From an uncultured Alphaproteobacteria bacterium (lineage in GTDB: Bacteria; Pseudomonadota; Alphaproteobacteria; UBA6615): 64,000 nucleotides of DNA. Below the pieces are notes generated by a model. That model did no database searches, was not told where the DNA came from, and saw only the letters and a program-made list of their open reading frames with translations. The stretch is from the NCBI GenBank assembly GCA_943787445.1, contig CALSML010000023.1, forward strand, positions 2,273 to 66,272, read 5' to 3'. The translations under genes were made by a program, and so were the position numbers. Shown piece by piece: positions 1-10,614 of the stretch (its first letter is position 1; each line of letters opens with the position of its first letter).

Positions 1-140
1 AAGATTTGTACCAGATCGTTCCGACCCGACAAAGGGCGCTGCGCACCAGACCGGTGTGCTTGCACGGGATGGGCGTGTACTCTAAATCTCGAATCCTTTG
101 AACATGTCCCGCATGCCAGTTTTCCCTGCTATCGACGGAA

Positions 141-1643
141 GTGAACATCATGAAAATCAGCTTTGCCGAAACTAAATTGCCCATCAGTGGATATCTGGTT
201 CTGCTCGTCGGGGGAGATGGTGAACTCAGCACTTCCGCAAAATCCATCGACAAGGCAACCAAGGGGGCGTTGGCCCGCGCGATGGAGGCACGCAGTTTCA
301 CGGGGAAGAAGGGCGAAAGTTTGGCGATCTTCGCGCCGCAGGGGCGCGAGAAGATCAATATTCTGTTGCTGGGGACCGGAGCGGCGAAAAAGCTGGATGT
401 GCTCCAGGCGCAGGAGGTCGGCGCCCATATCTTCAAGGCGTTGCGCGGATTGCCGGCCAATTCAGCCAGTGTGGTCGTCGAGACAGCCCGGAATGCCAAG
501 ACGAAAGGCGCCGAACTGGCGTCTGCTTTGGCTGCCGGCGCCCGTCTGCGTGACTACAGTTATGACAAGTTCCGGACCAAGGCGGGCTCTAAGCCGAGGC
601 CGACAGGCCCGGATCGCCTGATGTTCATGGTCAAGGGGGCTGCGGCGGCACGCCGTTCCTACAGCGAATTTGCCGCTATTGCCGACGGCGTTGATTTTGC
701 CCGTGATCTGGTTTCGGAGCCCAGCAACATCAAATCGCCGAAATGGATGGCGGCCCAGTGTCGCAAGCTGACGAAACTGGGTGTGAAAGTCGAAGTGCTC
801 GGCGAAGCACAGATGAAAAAACTGGGCATGGGTTCGTTGCTGGCGGTTGGCCAGGGCAGCGTGCGGGAGTCCCAGATGGTGATCATGCGCTGGAATGGCG
901 GGGCCAAGGATGCCAAGACCGTTTCGCTGATCGGTAAGGGGGTGACCTTCGACACCGGCGGAATTTCCATCAAGCCGGCTGGCGGCATGGAAGACATGAT
1001 CTGGGATATGGGCGGCGCGGGGACCGTGATCGGTGCCATGCACGCCATTGCTGGTCGCAAGGCCAAGGCCAATGTGATTGGTGTCGTCGGCCTGGTGGAG
1101 AACATGCCCGACGGCAATGCGCAGCGCCCGGGGGATATCGTGACTTCCATGTCCGGGCAGACGATTGAAGTGATCAACACCGATGCCGAAGGCCGCCTCG
1201 TGCTGGCTGATGCCCTCTGGTACACCCAGAAGCGCTTCAAACCCGATGTGATGATTGATTTCGCGACGCTGACCGGGGCCATCATGGTTGCGCTGGGCCG
1301 GGAATATGCAGGGCTCTACGCCAATGATGATGCACTGGCTGAGAAGATCGTCGATGCCGGCAATGTCGTTGGGGAGAAAATCTGGCGGATGCCGCTGGAT
1401 GAGGCCTATGACAAGCAGATCAACACGCCGCGCGCGGATATGAAGAATGTCGGCCCACGGTTTGGTGGCAGTATCACCGCTGCGCAGTTCCTCCAGCGTT
1501 TCACCAATGATGTGCCCTGGGCACATATGGACATTGCCGGCGTGGCCTGGTCCGACAAGGAACTCCCCCTCATGGAGAAGGGGGCTGCCGGATTTGCGGT
1601 GCGCGCCATGGACCAGTTCGTGCGTGACAATTACGAAAAATAG
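141..1643 (+). CDS. pepA: leucyl aminopeptidase (M17 family)
   Basis: Intact 500-aa ORF; M17 hallmarks GKGVTFDTGGISIKP and NTDAEGRLVLADAL; followed by holC as in many Alphaproteobacteria. Confidence 0.95.
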   Translation: MNIMKISFAETKLPISGYLVLLVGGDGELSTSAKSIDKATKGALARAMEARSFTGKKGESLAIFAPQGREKINILLLGTGAAKKLDVLQAQEVGAHIFKALRGLPANSASVVVETARNAKTKGAELASALAAGARLRDYSYDKFRTKAGSKPRPTGPDRLMFMVKGAAAARRSYSEFAAIADGVDFARDLVSEPSNIKSPKWMAAQCRKLTKLGVKVEVLGEAQMKKLGMGSLLAVGQGSVRESQMVIMRWNGGAKDAKTVSLIGKGVTFDTGGISIKPAGGMEDMIWDMGGAGTVIGAMHAIAGRKAKANVIGVVGLVENMPDGNAQRPGDIVTSMSGQTIEVINTDAEGRLVLADALWYTQKRFKPDVMIDFATLTGAIMVALGREYAGLYANDDALAEKIVDAGNVVGEKIWRMPLDEAYDKQINTPRADMKNVGPRFGGSITAAQFLQRFTNDVPWAHMDIAGVAWSDKELPLMEKGAAGFAVRAMDQFVRDNYEK

Positions 1644-1655
1644 ATCGTCAGGCCC

Positions 1656-2114
1656 GTGACCGAGATCAGATTCTACCACCTGACCCGGAAGACCCTCGAA
1701 GAGGTGCTGCCGGTCATGCTCGAGCGCACGGTGGTGCGCGACGGGCGACGGGCCCTGGTGGTGGCGGGATCATCGGACCGCGTGGAGAAACTGAACGCGC
1801 ATCTCTGGAACTACAATGATCGCGTTTTTCTCCCCCATGGTAGTAAGGCCGACGGGTTTCCCACACGCCAGCCGGTTTGGTTGACCGATGCGGATGAAAA
1901 TCCGAATGACGCCAGGGTACTGTTCCTCGCCGATGGGGCGACCAGCGCGCATGTTGGGGATTTTGATCTTGTGTGCGAGCTTTTTGACGGCCGCGATGAC
2001 ACCGCGGTCACTGCGGCGCGCTCCCGGTGGAAGGCTTACAAGGATGGCGGTCACGCTCTGACATACTGGCAGCAGACCGAACGTGGTGGCTGGGAACAGA
2101 AGGCCGAGGGCTAG
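1656..2114 (+). CDS. holC: DNA polymerase III chi subunit
   Basis: 152-aa ORF, GTG start 12 nt after pepA stop; TEIRFYHL N-terminus and LWNYNDRVFLPHG fit chi subunits; conserved pepA-holC linkage. Confidence 0.85.
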   Translation: MTEIRFYHLTRKTLEEVLPVMLERTVVRDGRRALVVAGSSDRVEKLNAHLWNYNDRVFLPHGSKADGFPTRQPVWLTDADENPNDARVLFLADGATSAHVGDFDLVCELFDGRDDTAVTAARSRWKAYKDGGHALTYWQQTERGGWEQKAEG

Positions 2115-2229
2115 GGGTTAACCCTTTCGGGACGGTTTTTGGTGTCCGATGATGTTTGCTGCGGGTTGTGGTGTTCTGCCGGGCTGGATATAAGGCGCGC
2201 ACAATTCACATCCCACCGGAGTAGACCCC

Positions 2230-2652
2230 ATGGCGACCGAGCGCACATTCTCGATTATCAAACCTGACGCAACGAAGCGGAACATCACTGGCAAGATCAT
2301 CGCCAAGTTCGAGGAAGCCGGCCTGCGGGTTGTCGCCCAGCGCCGTATTCGGCTGTCCAAGGATCAAGCAGAGAGCTTCTACGGTGTCCATCGTGAGCGC
2401 CCGTTCTTTAATGATCTGGTCGCTTTCATGACGTCCGGACCGGTTGTGGTTCAGGTGCTCGAAGGTGAAAACGCCGTCGCGCGCAACCGCGAAATCATGG
2501 GCGCGACCAACCCGGCGGACGCCGATGAGGGTACGATCCGCAAGGAATTTGCGGAATCCATTGAGGCCAATTCGGTGCACGGATCCGACGCACCGGAAAC
2601 AGCGGCTGAGGAAATCGCGTTTTTCTTCGAGGAAGTTGAAATCGTCGGCTGA
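2230..2652 (+). CDS. ndk: nucleoside diphosphate kinase
   Basis: 140-aa [17 protein letters not shown]..., NSVHGSD active-site His region; full-length. Confidence 0.97.
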   Translation: MATERTFSIIKPDATKRNITGKIIAKFEEAGLRVVAQRRIRLSKDQAESFYGVHRERPFFNDLVAFMTSGPVVVQVLEGENAVARNREIMGATNPADADEGTIRKEFAESIEANSVHGSDAPETAAEEIAFFFEEVEIVG

Positions 2653-2684
2653 CCGGACGGTTTCATCGGGGTGGTGCGATCGTG

Positions 2685-2810
2685 CTAGACGATCGTCCAC
2701 CACATGAGCAGCATCGTGATCGTGATGGCAATGCCTGAATAGGTCATCAATTTAAGGAAACCTTCCCAGGTTTTCATGCGCTGTTCGATATTGCTGTGAT
2801 CTTCGGACAT
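2685..2810 (-). CDS. 41-aa single-TM membrane protein resembling the small bacterial aa3-type cytochrome c oxidase subunit IV family
   Basis: Below the 60-aa cutoff of the ORF track. ATG at 2810, TAG at 2685-2687: MSEDHSNIEQRMKTWEGFLKLMTYSGIAITITMLLMWWTIV. Polar head followed by one hydrophobic helix. Family call from memory only. Confidence 0.45.
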   Translation of the reverse strand: MSEDHSNIEQRMKTWEGFLKLMTYSGIAITITMLLMWWTIV

Positions 2811-2900
2811 CTTATTTCGCGTCCCTTTGCGTTTGCGATATGCCGCGTTTTATACGCGACCTGAGCGAGCCGTCAAAGCCCGGTTTGTGTGTGTGTCGCC

Positions 2901-3554
2901 TCATGATTGAGGCGGGCTAATGATCTGATCTCCGATATCAGGCGGCATCACCACGATTGCGGTGTCGCCATCGATCTGCACGCGACCTTCCGCGATCAAT
3001 CGGACCGCCAGCGGGTAGCACTGGTGCTCTACCGTCAGGATGCGCGCAGCGAGACTGTCTTCGGTGTCATCGGGCAGAAGGGGGACGGCGGCCTGAACCA
3101 GAATCGGGCCGGCATCCATTTCGGTGCGTACGATGTGGACGGTGCAGCCACTGAGCTTCACGCCGGCTGCAATGGCCTGGGCATGGGCGTCGATTCCCTT
3201 GAAGGCCGGAAGCAGGGATGGGTGGATGTTGATGATCCGGTCATTCCAGGTTTCCACGAACCAGCTGGACAGCAGGCGCATATAACCGGCCAGACAGACC
3301 CATTCCACGTCTGCATCCTTGAGCTGGGCATGGACGGCCTTGTCGAAGCTTTCGCGATCGGGAAAGTCACCATGCTCCACCACGGCGGTGGCAATGCCGG
3401 CTTCACGCGCGTGTTCGAGGCCCATGGCATCGGGTTTGTTGGCGAGTACCAGCACGATTTCAGCGGGGTAGGTGGTCTCGGCGCAGGCCGCAATCAGAGC
3501 CTGAAGGTTGGAGCCGCGGCCCGAAATCAGGACACCGAGTTTGAGGCGCGCCAT
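2901..3554 (-). CDS. purN: phosphoribosylglycinamide formyltransferase
   Basis: 217-aa ORF; GVLISGRGSNLQALI and INIHPSLLPAFKG motifs; start overlaps purM stop (ATGA). Confidence 0.95.
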   Translation of the reverse strand: MARLKLGVLISGRGSNLQALIAACAETTYPAEIVLVLANKPDAMGLEHAREAGIATAVVEHGDFPDRESFDKAVHAQLKDADVEWVCLAGYMRLLSSWFVETWNDRIINIHPSLLPAFKGIDAHAQAIAAGVKLSGCTVHIVRTEMDAGPILVQAAVPLLPDDTEDSLAARILTVEHQCYPLAVRLIAEGRVQIDGDTAIVVMPPDIGDQIISPPQS

Positions 3555-4635
3555 CAGCCGCGCCCGAACGCAGCCTGCAGGTTGTCGATCTGGACCGACG
3601 AACCCGGCGAAGCGATCACCTGACCGATATGGGTCGCTGTCTCACCCGAGGCGGTGAAGGTTGCCAGAGCGGCATCGACCCGATCGGCCGGGACAATCGC
3701 AATCATGCCGATCCCGCAATTGAAGGTGCGCGACATTTCCATGTCATTGACTCCGCCCTCATCCTGCAGCCATGCGAATACGGGATGTGCGGTCCATTTG
3801 CTGCCGTCCAGTGCGACTCCCAGTCCATCGGGAAGGACACGCGGGATGTTTTCTAGCAATCCGCCTCCGGTGATGTGTGCGAAAGCGCGAACATCGCCCG
3901 ATTTCACAGCGTCCAGACAGGCGGAAACATAAATCCGCGTTGGTGCCAGAAGTGCGGTTCCCAGACTGTCGGATGGGGCAAACGGCGCCATATCATCCAG
4001 AGACAGGCCGCTGCGTTCGATGATCTTTCGAACCAGGGAATAGCCGTTTGAATGGACGCCATTCGAGGCCAGCCCGATGATGGCATCACCCGCTTTGACC
4101 GACTGTTCGGGATCAGGCAGGCCGGTTCCGCGTTCCATGGCGCCGACCGAGAAGCCGGCGAGATCGAATTCCCCCTTGGCATAGAGGCCGGGCATTTCTG
4201 CCGTTTCGCCACCGATCAGGGCGCAGCCGGCAATTTCGCAACCGTGGGATATACCCTTGATGACTTCCGCCGCGACGGTGGGCTCGAGACCGCCGGTGGC
4301 AAAGTAGTCCAAGAAAAACAGGGGTTCTGCCCCAGAACCACGAGGTCGTTGACGCACATGGCCACCAGATCGATTCCGATCGTATCATATTCTTCCGTGT
4401 CGAAGGCGAGTTTTAGTTTGGTGCCAACACCATCCGTCGCGGCCACGAGAATCGGGTCGTTGTAACCCGCTGCGCGCGGGTCGAATGAGGCGCCGAATCC
4501 TCCAAGCGCATCCATGGTCCCCGGTCGGCCGGTAGCCGCAGCCATGGGCTTGATCGCATCGATCAATTTGTTGCCAGCTTCAATGTCGACACCGGCGTCT
4601 TTGTAGGAAAGCCCCAGAATTCGTCTCCCGTGCAT
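3554..4635 (-). pseudogene. purM: phosphoribosylformylglycinamidine cyclo-ligase (PurM), frame broken once
   Basis: ORFs 4216..4635 ([14 protein letters not shown]...[12 protein letters not shown]) and 3554..4357 ([14 protein letters not shown]...) are the two halves of PurM. Adding one G to the G4 run at 4330-4333 (minus strand) restores [13 protein letters not shown]. Confidence 0.9.
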
Positions 4636-4748
4636 ACTTTTGACGTTTTCGTGCTAAATCTTCGCCGAAGTCGCCAATACGTGGACCTGAACGCGCCGAA
4701 TCGCGTTTCGTTATGCTGGCCACAATAGGTGTTTCGAGGTCATTTGCA

Positions 4749-5917
4749 ATGCGTCGTACTGTGTCAAAATTCAGCGTTTTTCTTTTCCCGTTCTTCGTCT
4801 TTGTGTGGCTCGCGGGCAGCACTGGATTCGGTCCGGCACAAGCCCAGCAGACCGCGCTGGACGATATTTCGTCGTGCGGGATATCCCGATTGACGAGACG
4901 GCAGCGTCCGCCTCGGTCGCGCGGACAGCTGCCATCGAGAAAGGGCAACGCGAAGCCGTGAAACGGCTGTTGGCGCGGCTGACCCGAAGCGCGTTCCGGG
5001 ACAGTATCGGAGATCTCGACCCGGAAACGATCCGGTTTCTGATCCGCGCGTTGCAGATCGATGATGAAAAGACATCCGATATTCGATATCTCGCCAAGCT
5101 GACGGTGAGCTTCAAGCCCGAGGCCGTTCGTGCCTATCTGCGTGGGGCCGGTATTCCGTTCGTCGAAGTCCGCAGCCGCCCCGTTCTGGTGATCCCCGTC
5201 ATCGAACGGAATGGCAGCTACGCCCTGTGGGAAAACCCGAACCCCTGGCGCGAGGCCTGGGGGCGCTACAAATCGTTGTGGGACTGGTGCCGGTGATCTC
5301 GCCGATCGGCGACTTGTCCGACTTTGCGGGTTTGAACGCGGAGCAATCGGTGATTCAGATGTCGGCGCGCTTTCGGAAATCAGCGCTCGCTACGGCGCCG
5401 GCTCGGCAATGGTCGCGATTGCGTCAATTGATAAAACCCTGCCGACGTGCCGCAGGTACAGATCCTGGCGTCGCGGGTGGGGCGGCATGACGAGACGCCG
5501 TTGATCCTGACCCTGCAGGCCGCGCCGGAGGAAGTGCTGGACGGATTGATGGATCGCGCTGTGATCGCGGTTGTGGGCGCGGTCGATGATGACTGGAAGG
5601 TCAGAAACGCGGTCAGCTTTGGGGAGGCCGGACGCCTGCATGCGGCCGTGCCGCTCGCGGATCTGCAAGGCTGGATCGAAGTGCGCTGGAGGCTGGAGAA
5701 TGTACCCTCCATTTCGAGGGTGCGCCTGCTGGCCCTGACTGCAAATTCGGCGGAGATCGAGGTTGATTATTTCGGCGATGAAGACCGCCTGAGCCGGGCG
5801 CTCGACCGGTTCGATCTGGAGCTTCAGGTGTCCGGCTTTGGGACAGATGGGACCTTAGGGGCGGGGGTGGCGCCAGCGGTGCCGACTCATATCGTGCGTC
5901 TGTCAAAAGTGAGATGA
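4749..5917 (+). pseudogene. DUF2066-like secreted protein, frame broken about four times
   Basis: Signal peptide MRRTVSKFSVFLFPFFVFVWLAGS...AQA (ATG 4749; alternative ATG 4713). Coding continues in ORFs 4805..5296, 5227.., 5211.. and 5447..5917, with shifts near 4865, 5259-5263 (G5 run), ~5340 and ~5443. The purM / DUF2066 / hda neighbourhood is typical. Family from memory. Confidence 0.6.
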
Positions 5918-6592
5918 ATCAACAACTTATCCTCGATCTCGGGCATCGCGTGGCGGTGGATCGGGCCGATTTTCTGGTCTCGGACTGCAACGCCCAGGCG
6001 GTGGAGTGGATCGACCGCTGGCCGGACTGGCCGGCGCGCGCGCTGGTGATCTGGGGCCCGCTGGCCTCGGGCAAAACCCATCTGGGGCATGTCTGGTGCG
6101 CCAAGAGCAGCGCTGCGCATATCACCGCCGAAGACGTTCGCGCCGAAGACGCTGCCGATTTGCGGGCGCGCAATGCCTGCCTGTTTCTCGATGACGCCGA
6201 CACCCTGGCCGGCACGCCGGAGGACGAGGAAGCACTGCTGCATCTCTACAATTATGTGCTGGAGACCGATGGCGCGCTGCTGCTGGCGTCCCAAGCCGCA
6301 CCCGCCCACTGGCCCGTGTCGCTTGCCGATCTGTCTTCGCGCATGAAGGCCCTGCAGGGCGTGGGTATTGCGCCGCCCGATGACAGTCTGTGGCCGCCTT
6401 GCTGGTCAAACAGTTCCGGGACCGCCAGCTGCGTGTGAGCGAAGAGGTGGTGGCCTATCTGGTGCCGCGCATGGAGCGTTCCTTCGCAGCGGTGTCACGG
6501 ATCGTGGCGGCAATCGACGCGGTCGCGCTGGAGCGCTGCGCCCGGTCACCGTGCCGCTGGTGCGCGAGGTTCTCGAACAGATCGAAGCCTGA
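5914..6592 (+). pseudogene. hda: DnaA-related regulatory protein Hda, frame broken twice
   Basis: N-terminal ORF 5914..6438 has the Walker-A-like GPLASGKTHLGHVW. It continues as LLVKQFRDRQLRVSEEVVAYLVPRMERSF (ORF 6390..) and ends ...VTVPLVREVLEQIEA (ORF ending 6592). Shifts near 6388 and 6535. ATG overlaps upstream stop (ATGA). Confidence 0.8.
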
Positions 6593-6785
6593 GCGCTTCC
6601 GTTTTTGCCGGGGCATACCGGTGGCATAAATTGCGGATAGGGCCCGATCGCGCTAGCCTGCGCGCGTGCCTGCGACGGAGCAGGCCTCCATCCAGACAAG
6701 AAATGATCCCCGTGGTTGCTGAATCCGATATCGAATCCAAAGACACCGTCATGGCAGACGTCGCAGACGCCCTGTCGCGATTTCC

Positions 6786-8897
6786 ATGGATTCGCCGGAC
6801 CGGTTCATCAATCGCGAGCTGTCCTGGCTGGCCTTCAACGAGCGCGTGCTCGAAGAGGCGGAGAACGCCATCATCCGCTGCTCGAACGGCTGCGGTTCCT
6901 GTCGATTTCTGCGTCCAACCTCGATGAATTCTACATGGTGCGCGTGGCCGGCCTGAAGGGGCAGGTCGATGCCGGTGTGACCACGCCCAGTCAGGATGGA
7001 TTGTCACCCAGCGAACAACTGGCGGCGATCAATGCGCGCGCCGGTGTTCTGATGGATGAGCAGCAGCGCATCTGGCGTTCTCTGGTCGGACAGCTTCGTG
7101 AGCACGATGTCGCGGTTGTCGAGCCGGACGAACTGAGCGCGGAGGAAAGCGCCTGGCTGGAAAGCCGGTTCATGACCACGATCTTCCCGGTGCTCACACC
7201 TCTGGCTGTCGATCCGGCGCACCCGTTCCCTTTCATTCCCAATCTTGGTCTGGCGCTGGCGATGGATTTGTTCCGATCCGCCGACAACCGGGAAATGGTT
7301 GGTCTGCTGCCCTTGCCGGGGCAGATCGAACGTTTCATCCGTTTGCCGGGCAGCCAGCCACGTTTCATGCTGCTGGAACGCTGTGTGTCGATGTTCATGG
7401 GAAAGGTGTTCCCCGGGCTTCGAGTTGCGCGGCTACGGCACCTTCGGGTGATCCGGGACAGCGATATCGAGGTTCTCGAAGAAGCCGAAGATCTGGTGCG
7501 CCTGTTCGAAAGCGCCCTCAAGCGCCGCCGACGTGGGCTCCGTGATCCGGCTGACCTTTGATAACTATATGCCCGAGAGCCTGCGCGAATTTGTCGTTCG
7601 CCAGAGCGATGTCGATGCCGAAGATGTCTTTATCCTCGATGGATTGCCCGGGCTCGACCGGACCAAGGAACTGATCATCGATGAGCGATCGGACCTGCTG
7701 TTTCAGCCGTTCAACATTCGTTTCCCGGAACGCATTCGGGATTTTGCCGGGGATTGTTTTGCCGCGATTCGGGCCAAGGATATCGTCGTCCACCACCCGT
7801 TCGAATCCTTCGATGTGGTGGTGCAGTTTCTGCGACAGGCAGCCCGTGATCCGCAGGTCGTGGCGATCAAGCAGACCCTTTATCGCACCTCGGAAGACTC
7901 CCCGATTGTCGGCGCCCTGATCGAGGCCGCCGAAGCGGGCAAGAATGTCACCGCACTGGTTGAGCTGAAAGCGCGGTTTGACGAGGAAGCTAATATTCGC
8001 TGGGCCCGTGAACTCGAGCGCGCGGGGGTGCAGATCGTCTATGGCTTCATCGATCTCAAGACCCACGCCAAGATCAGTCTGGTGCACCGCCGGGAAACTT
8101 CGGAGCTGCGCAGCTATGTGCATTTCGGCACCGGCAACTACCATCCGATCACGGCCCGGATTTACACCGATCTGAGTTATTTCACTCAGGACCCGGTGCT
8201 GTGTCGCGATGCCTCGCGTATTTTCAACTACATGACCGGCTACGCGCGCCCCGAAGCGCTGGAGAAGATATCCGTGGCGCCGCTGACCCTGCGTGAAACC
8301 CTGATGCTCGGCATCGAGGACGAGATCGAACATGCGCGGGCCGGCCGCACGGCCGAAATCTGGGCCAAGCTCAACAGCCTGGTGGACGGGGACATCATCG
8401 ATGCGCTTTATCGGGCGTCCCAGGCCGGTGTGGAGATCAAACTCGTCATTCGTGGCATTTGCTGCCTGCGGCCCGGTGTGCCGGGGCTGAGCGAGAATAT
8501 CGAGGTGCAAAGCATCATCGGCCGGTTCCTCGAACATGGGCGCATTGCGGCCTTTGGCGGCGGGGAAGAGCTGCCCAACGCGAACGCCAAACTCTACATC
8601 TCCTCGGCCGACTGGATGCCGCGCAATCTGGACCGTCGGGTCGAGCTTCTCGTCCCGATCGAGAACGGAACCGTGCATCAGCAAATTCTCGACCAGATCA
8701 TGGTTGCGAATCTGCTGGATCGCGCCCAAAGCTGGAATATGAGGGCCGACGGCACTTACTCCCGGATCGACACCAGCGGCGAGCACGACCCATTCAGCGC
8801 GCACGAATATTTCATGACAAACCCCAGCCTTTCCGGGCGGGGCAGCGCTTTGAAGAAACCGGGCAGCGCGCCGCGGCTTCTGGCTCATCCCGACTGA
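6786..8897 (+). pseudogene. ppk: polyphosphate kinase 1, frame broken twice
   Basis: [27 protein letters not shown] (ATG 6786, frame not in track), then [27 protein letters not shown] (ORF 6716..7561), then [13 protein letters not shown]... (ORF 7533..8897). Shifts near 6868 and at the GGG run 7535-7537. Confidence 0.9.
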
Positions 8898-8909
8898 CCA
8901 CGATCTCAG

Positions 8910-10418
8910 GTGATCGTCATGGCGCCTAATGCCGTCACCAAGGACGCCCGCCCTGCGGCGGTTGTCGATATCGGCTCGAACTCGATCCGTCTGGTGATCT
9001 TTCGCGACCGTTCGCGCGCCCCCACGGCCGTATTCAACGAACGGGTCATCTGCGGGATCGGCCGGGACATGGCCCGAACCGGGCGACTGCATCCCGAAGG
9101 TGTTGCCCGGGCGCTGGCCAATCTGCCGCGTTTCGCGGCGATTGCCCGCTCCATGGACATTGATGACACCTCGCTGCTGGCAACCGCAGCGACCCGCGAA
9201 GCCGAGGATGGTCCGGCATTTCTGGCGCAAATCGAGGATATTTTTGGTCTGCCGGTGCAGCAACTGGACGGGGATGAGGAAGCACGGCTGGCCGCAGCCG
9301 GTGTGGTTTGTGGCTTGCCCGAAGCGCGCGGCATGGTGGCCGATCTCGGGGGCGGCAGTCTCGAACTCGCGGCCCTGTCGAAAGGCAATATGGGGGACTA
9401 TGTCACGCTGCCGCTTGGTCCCCTGCGTCTGCTGGCAACGGTCGGGAATGACCGGGCGAAGGTTGCCGAACGGGTCGATGAGGTTCTCGAAGATGTCACC
9501 TGGATGCAGGCCGCCGTGAAGGGCGGGGCGATCTATATCGTCGGCGGGGCCTGGCGCGCCCTGGCACGACTGCACATGGTCCAGACCGGCTATCCGTTGC
9601 GGGTGATTCACAATTACACCATCGGCGGGGTCGAAGCGGCGGAGTTCTGTGATGTCGTGGCCGGGCTTGGCGCATCGACGCTGGCCCGGATTGATGCGGT
9701 GCCCAAGGCACGTGCCACCACGCTGCCGATCGCGGCGGCGGTGCTGCGTCGGCTGATCCTGGAATCCGGTGCAGAGCAGATCGTGTTCTCCGCACAGGGC
9801 ATTCGCGAAGGCCGGGTGTTCGACATGCTCGATGACCGGGCAAAGAGCGAGGACCCGCTGATCGTGGCGAGCGAAGATGTGGCGTCCCGCGAGAGCCGGT
9901 TTGCCGGGGTTGGTGATGCCATGTTCGATTGGGTCGCGCCGCTGTTTCCCGATGAAAGCGCGACGGAAAACCGGTTGCGCCGGGCGGCCTGTCTGCTGGG
10001 TGATATCGGCTGGCACGAACATCCCGATTACCGCGCCGAGCAGGTGTATTTCCGTATTCTCCGCCTGCCCTTGCTGGGGGTCACGCATGTGGACCGGACC
10101 CGGATCGCACTGGCCGTTTACCGGCGCTATGGCGGTCGAATGAACGATCAGGCGCTGCGGACAGCCGAGGCGCTGCTCAGCGAAAGCGATATCCAGTGGT
10201 CCCGGCGTCTGGGGGCCGCCCTGCGTCTGGCCGAAACCCTGACAGCAGGCAATGTACGGCTGCTCGATGGGGTCGCGCTCAAGCTTTCGGACGAGACCCT
10301 CACCCTGAAGCTGAAGGATGGCAATGCGGCCCTGGTCGGTGATGTGGTGCGCACCCGCTTCAAGACCCTGGCCCGTCAGTTCGCCCGGGAGCCGCAGATC
10401 ACGGGCAAGGGGCTGTAG
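8910..10418 (+). CDS. ppx: exopolyphosphatase (Ppx/GppA family)
   Basis: 502-aa ORF; VVDIGSNSIRLVIF and ADLGGGSLE motifs; immediately downstream of ppk. Alternative ATG at 8919. Confidence 0.9.
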   Translation: MIVMAPNAVTKDARPAAVVDIGSNSIRLVIFRDRSRAPTAVFNERVICGIGRDMARTGRLHPEGVARALANLPRFAAIARSMDIDDTSLLATAATREAEDGPAFLAQIEDIFGLPVQQLDGDEEARLAAAGVVCGLPEARGMVADLGGGSLELAALSKGNMGDYVTLPLGPLRLLATVGNDRAKVAERVDEVLEDVTWMQAAVKGGAIYIVGGAWRALARLHMVQTGYPLRVIHNYTIGGVEAAEFCDVVAGLGASTLARIDAVPKARATTLPIAAAVLRRLILESGAEQIVFSAQGIREGRVFDMLDDRAKSEDPLIVASEDVASRESRFAGVGDAMFDWVAPLFPDESATENRLRRAACLLGDIGWHEHPDYRAEQVYFRILRLPLLGVTHVDRTRIALAVYRRYGGRMNDQALRTAEALLSESDIQWSRRLGAALRLAETLTAGNVRLLDGVALKLSDETLTLKLKDGNAALVGDVVRTRFKTLARQFAREPQITGKGL

Positions 10419-10457
10419 CGCGGGGGTTCGGCGACGCGCGCCTTCATCAAACGCGTC

Positions 10458-10595
10458 ATACCCGGGCCTGATCCGGGTATCCTGTCTCGGTCGGTGCTGA
10501 GATGCCCGGGTCAAGCCCGGGCATGACGACTTTTGGGGGGAGGGTCTCTCGTTCTGGTTGGTGCTGAGATGCCCGGATCGCGCCCGGGCATGACG
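10458..10595. repeat. cluster of three REP-like 8-7-8 palindromes, two embedded in a 36-bp direct repeat
   Basis: ATACCCGG-N7-CCGGGTAT (10458-10480); ATGCCCGG-N7-CCGGGCAT (10502-10524 and 10569-10591). GGTGCTGAGATGCCCGG...CCGGGCATGACG is repeated at 10493-10528 and 10560-10595. Sits between convergent ppx and rnd. Confidence 0.85.
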
Positions 10596-10614
10596 GCCTT
10601 CGGGAATGGCGTGG

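Noticed and set aside
129-428. 99-aa minus-strand ORF at the window start, a possible divergent gene such as lptF
   Set aside because: It lies antisense inside pepA. No lptF-like N-terminus could be read on the minus strand in 1-140 in any frame.
1641-1658. pepA and holC are in the same frame, separated only by TAG plus four codons, which could suggest a fusion or read-through protein
   Set aside because: Both proteins have normal full-length termini (pepA ends ...DNYEK, holC starts at a GTG giving TEIRFYHL). Same-phase adjacency is expected by chance one time in three.
7518-10514. 998-aa ORF on the minus strand, the longest in the window
   Set aside because: It is entirely antisense to the well-supported ppk and ppx genes. 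It is Arg/Gly/Pro/His-rich with no recognisable motif, a typical shadow ORF of high-G+C DNA.
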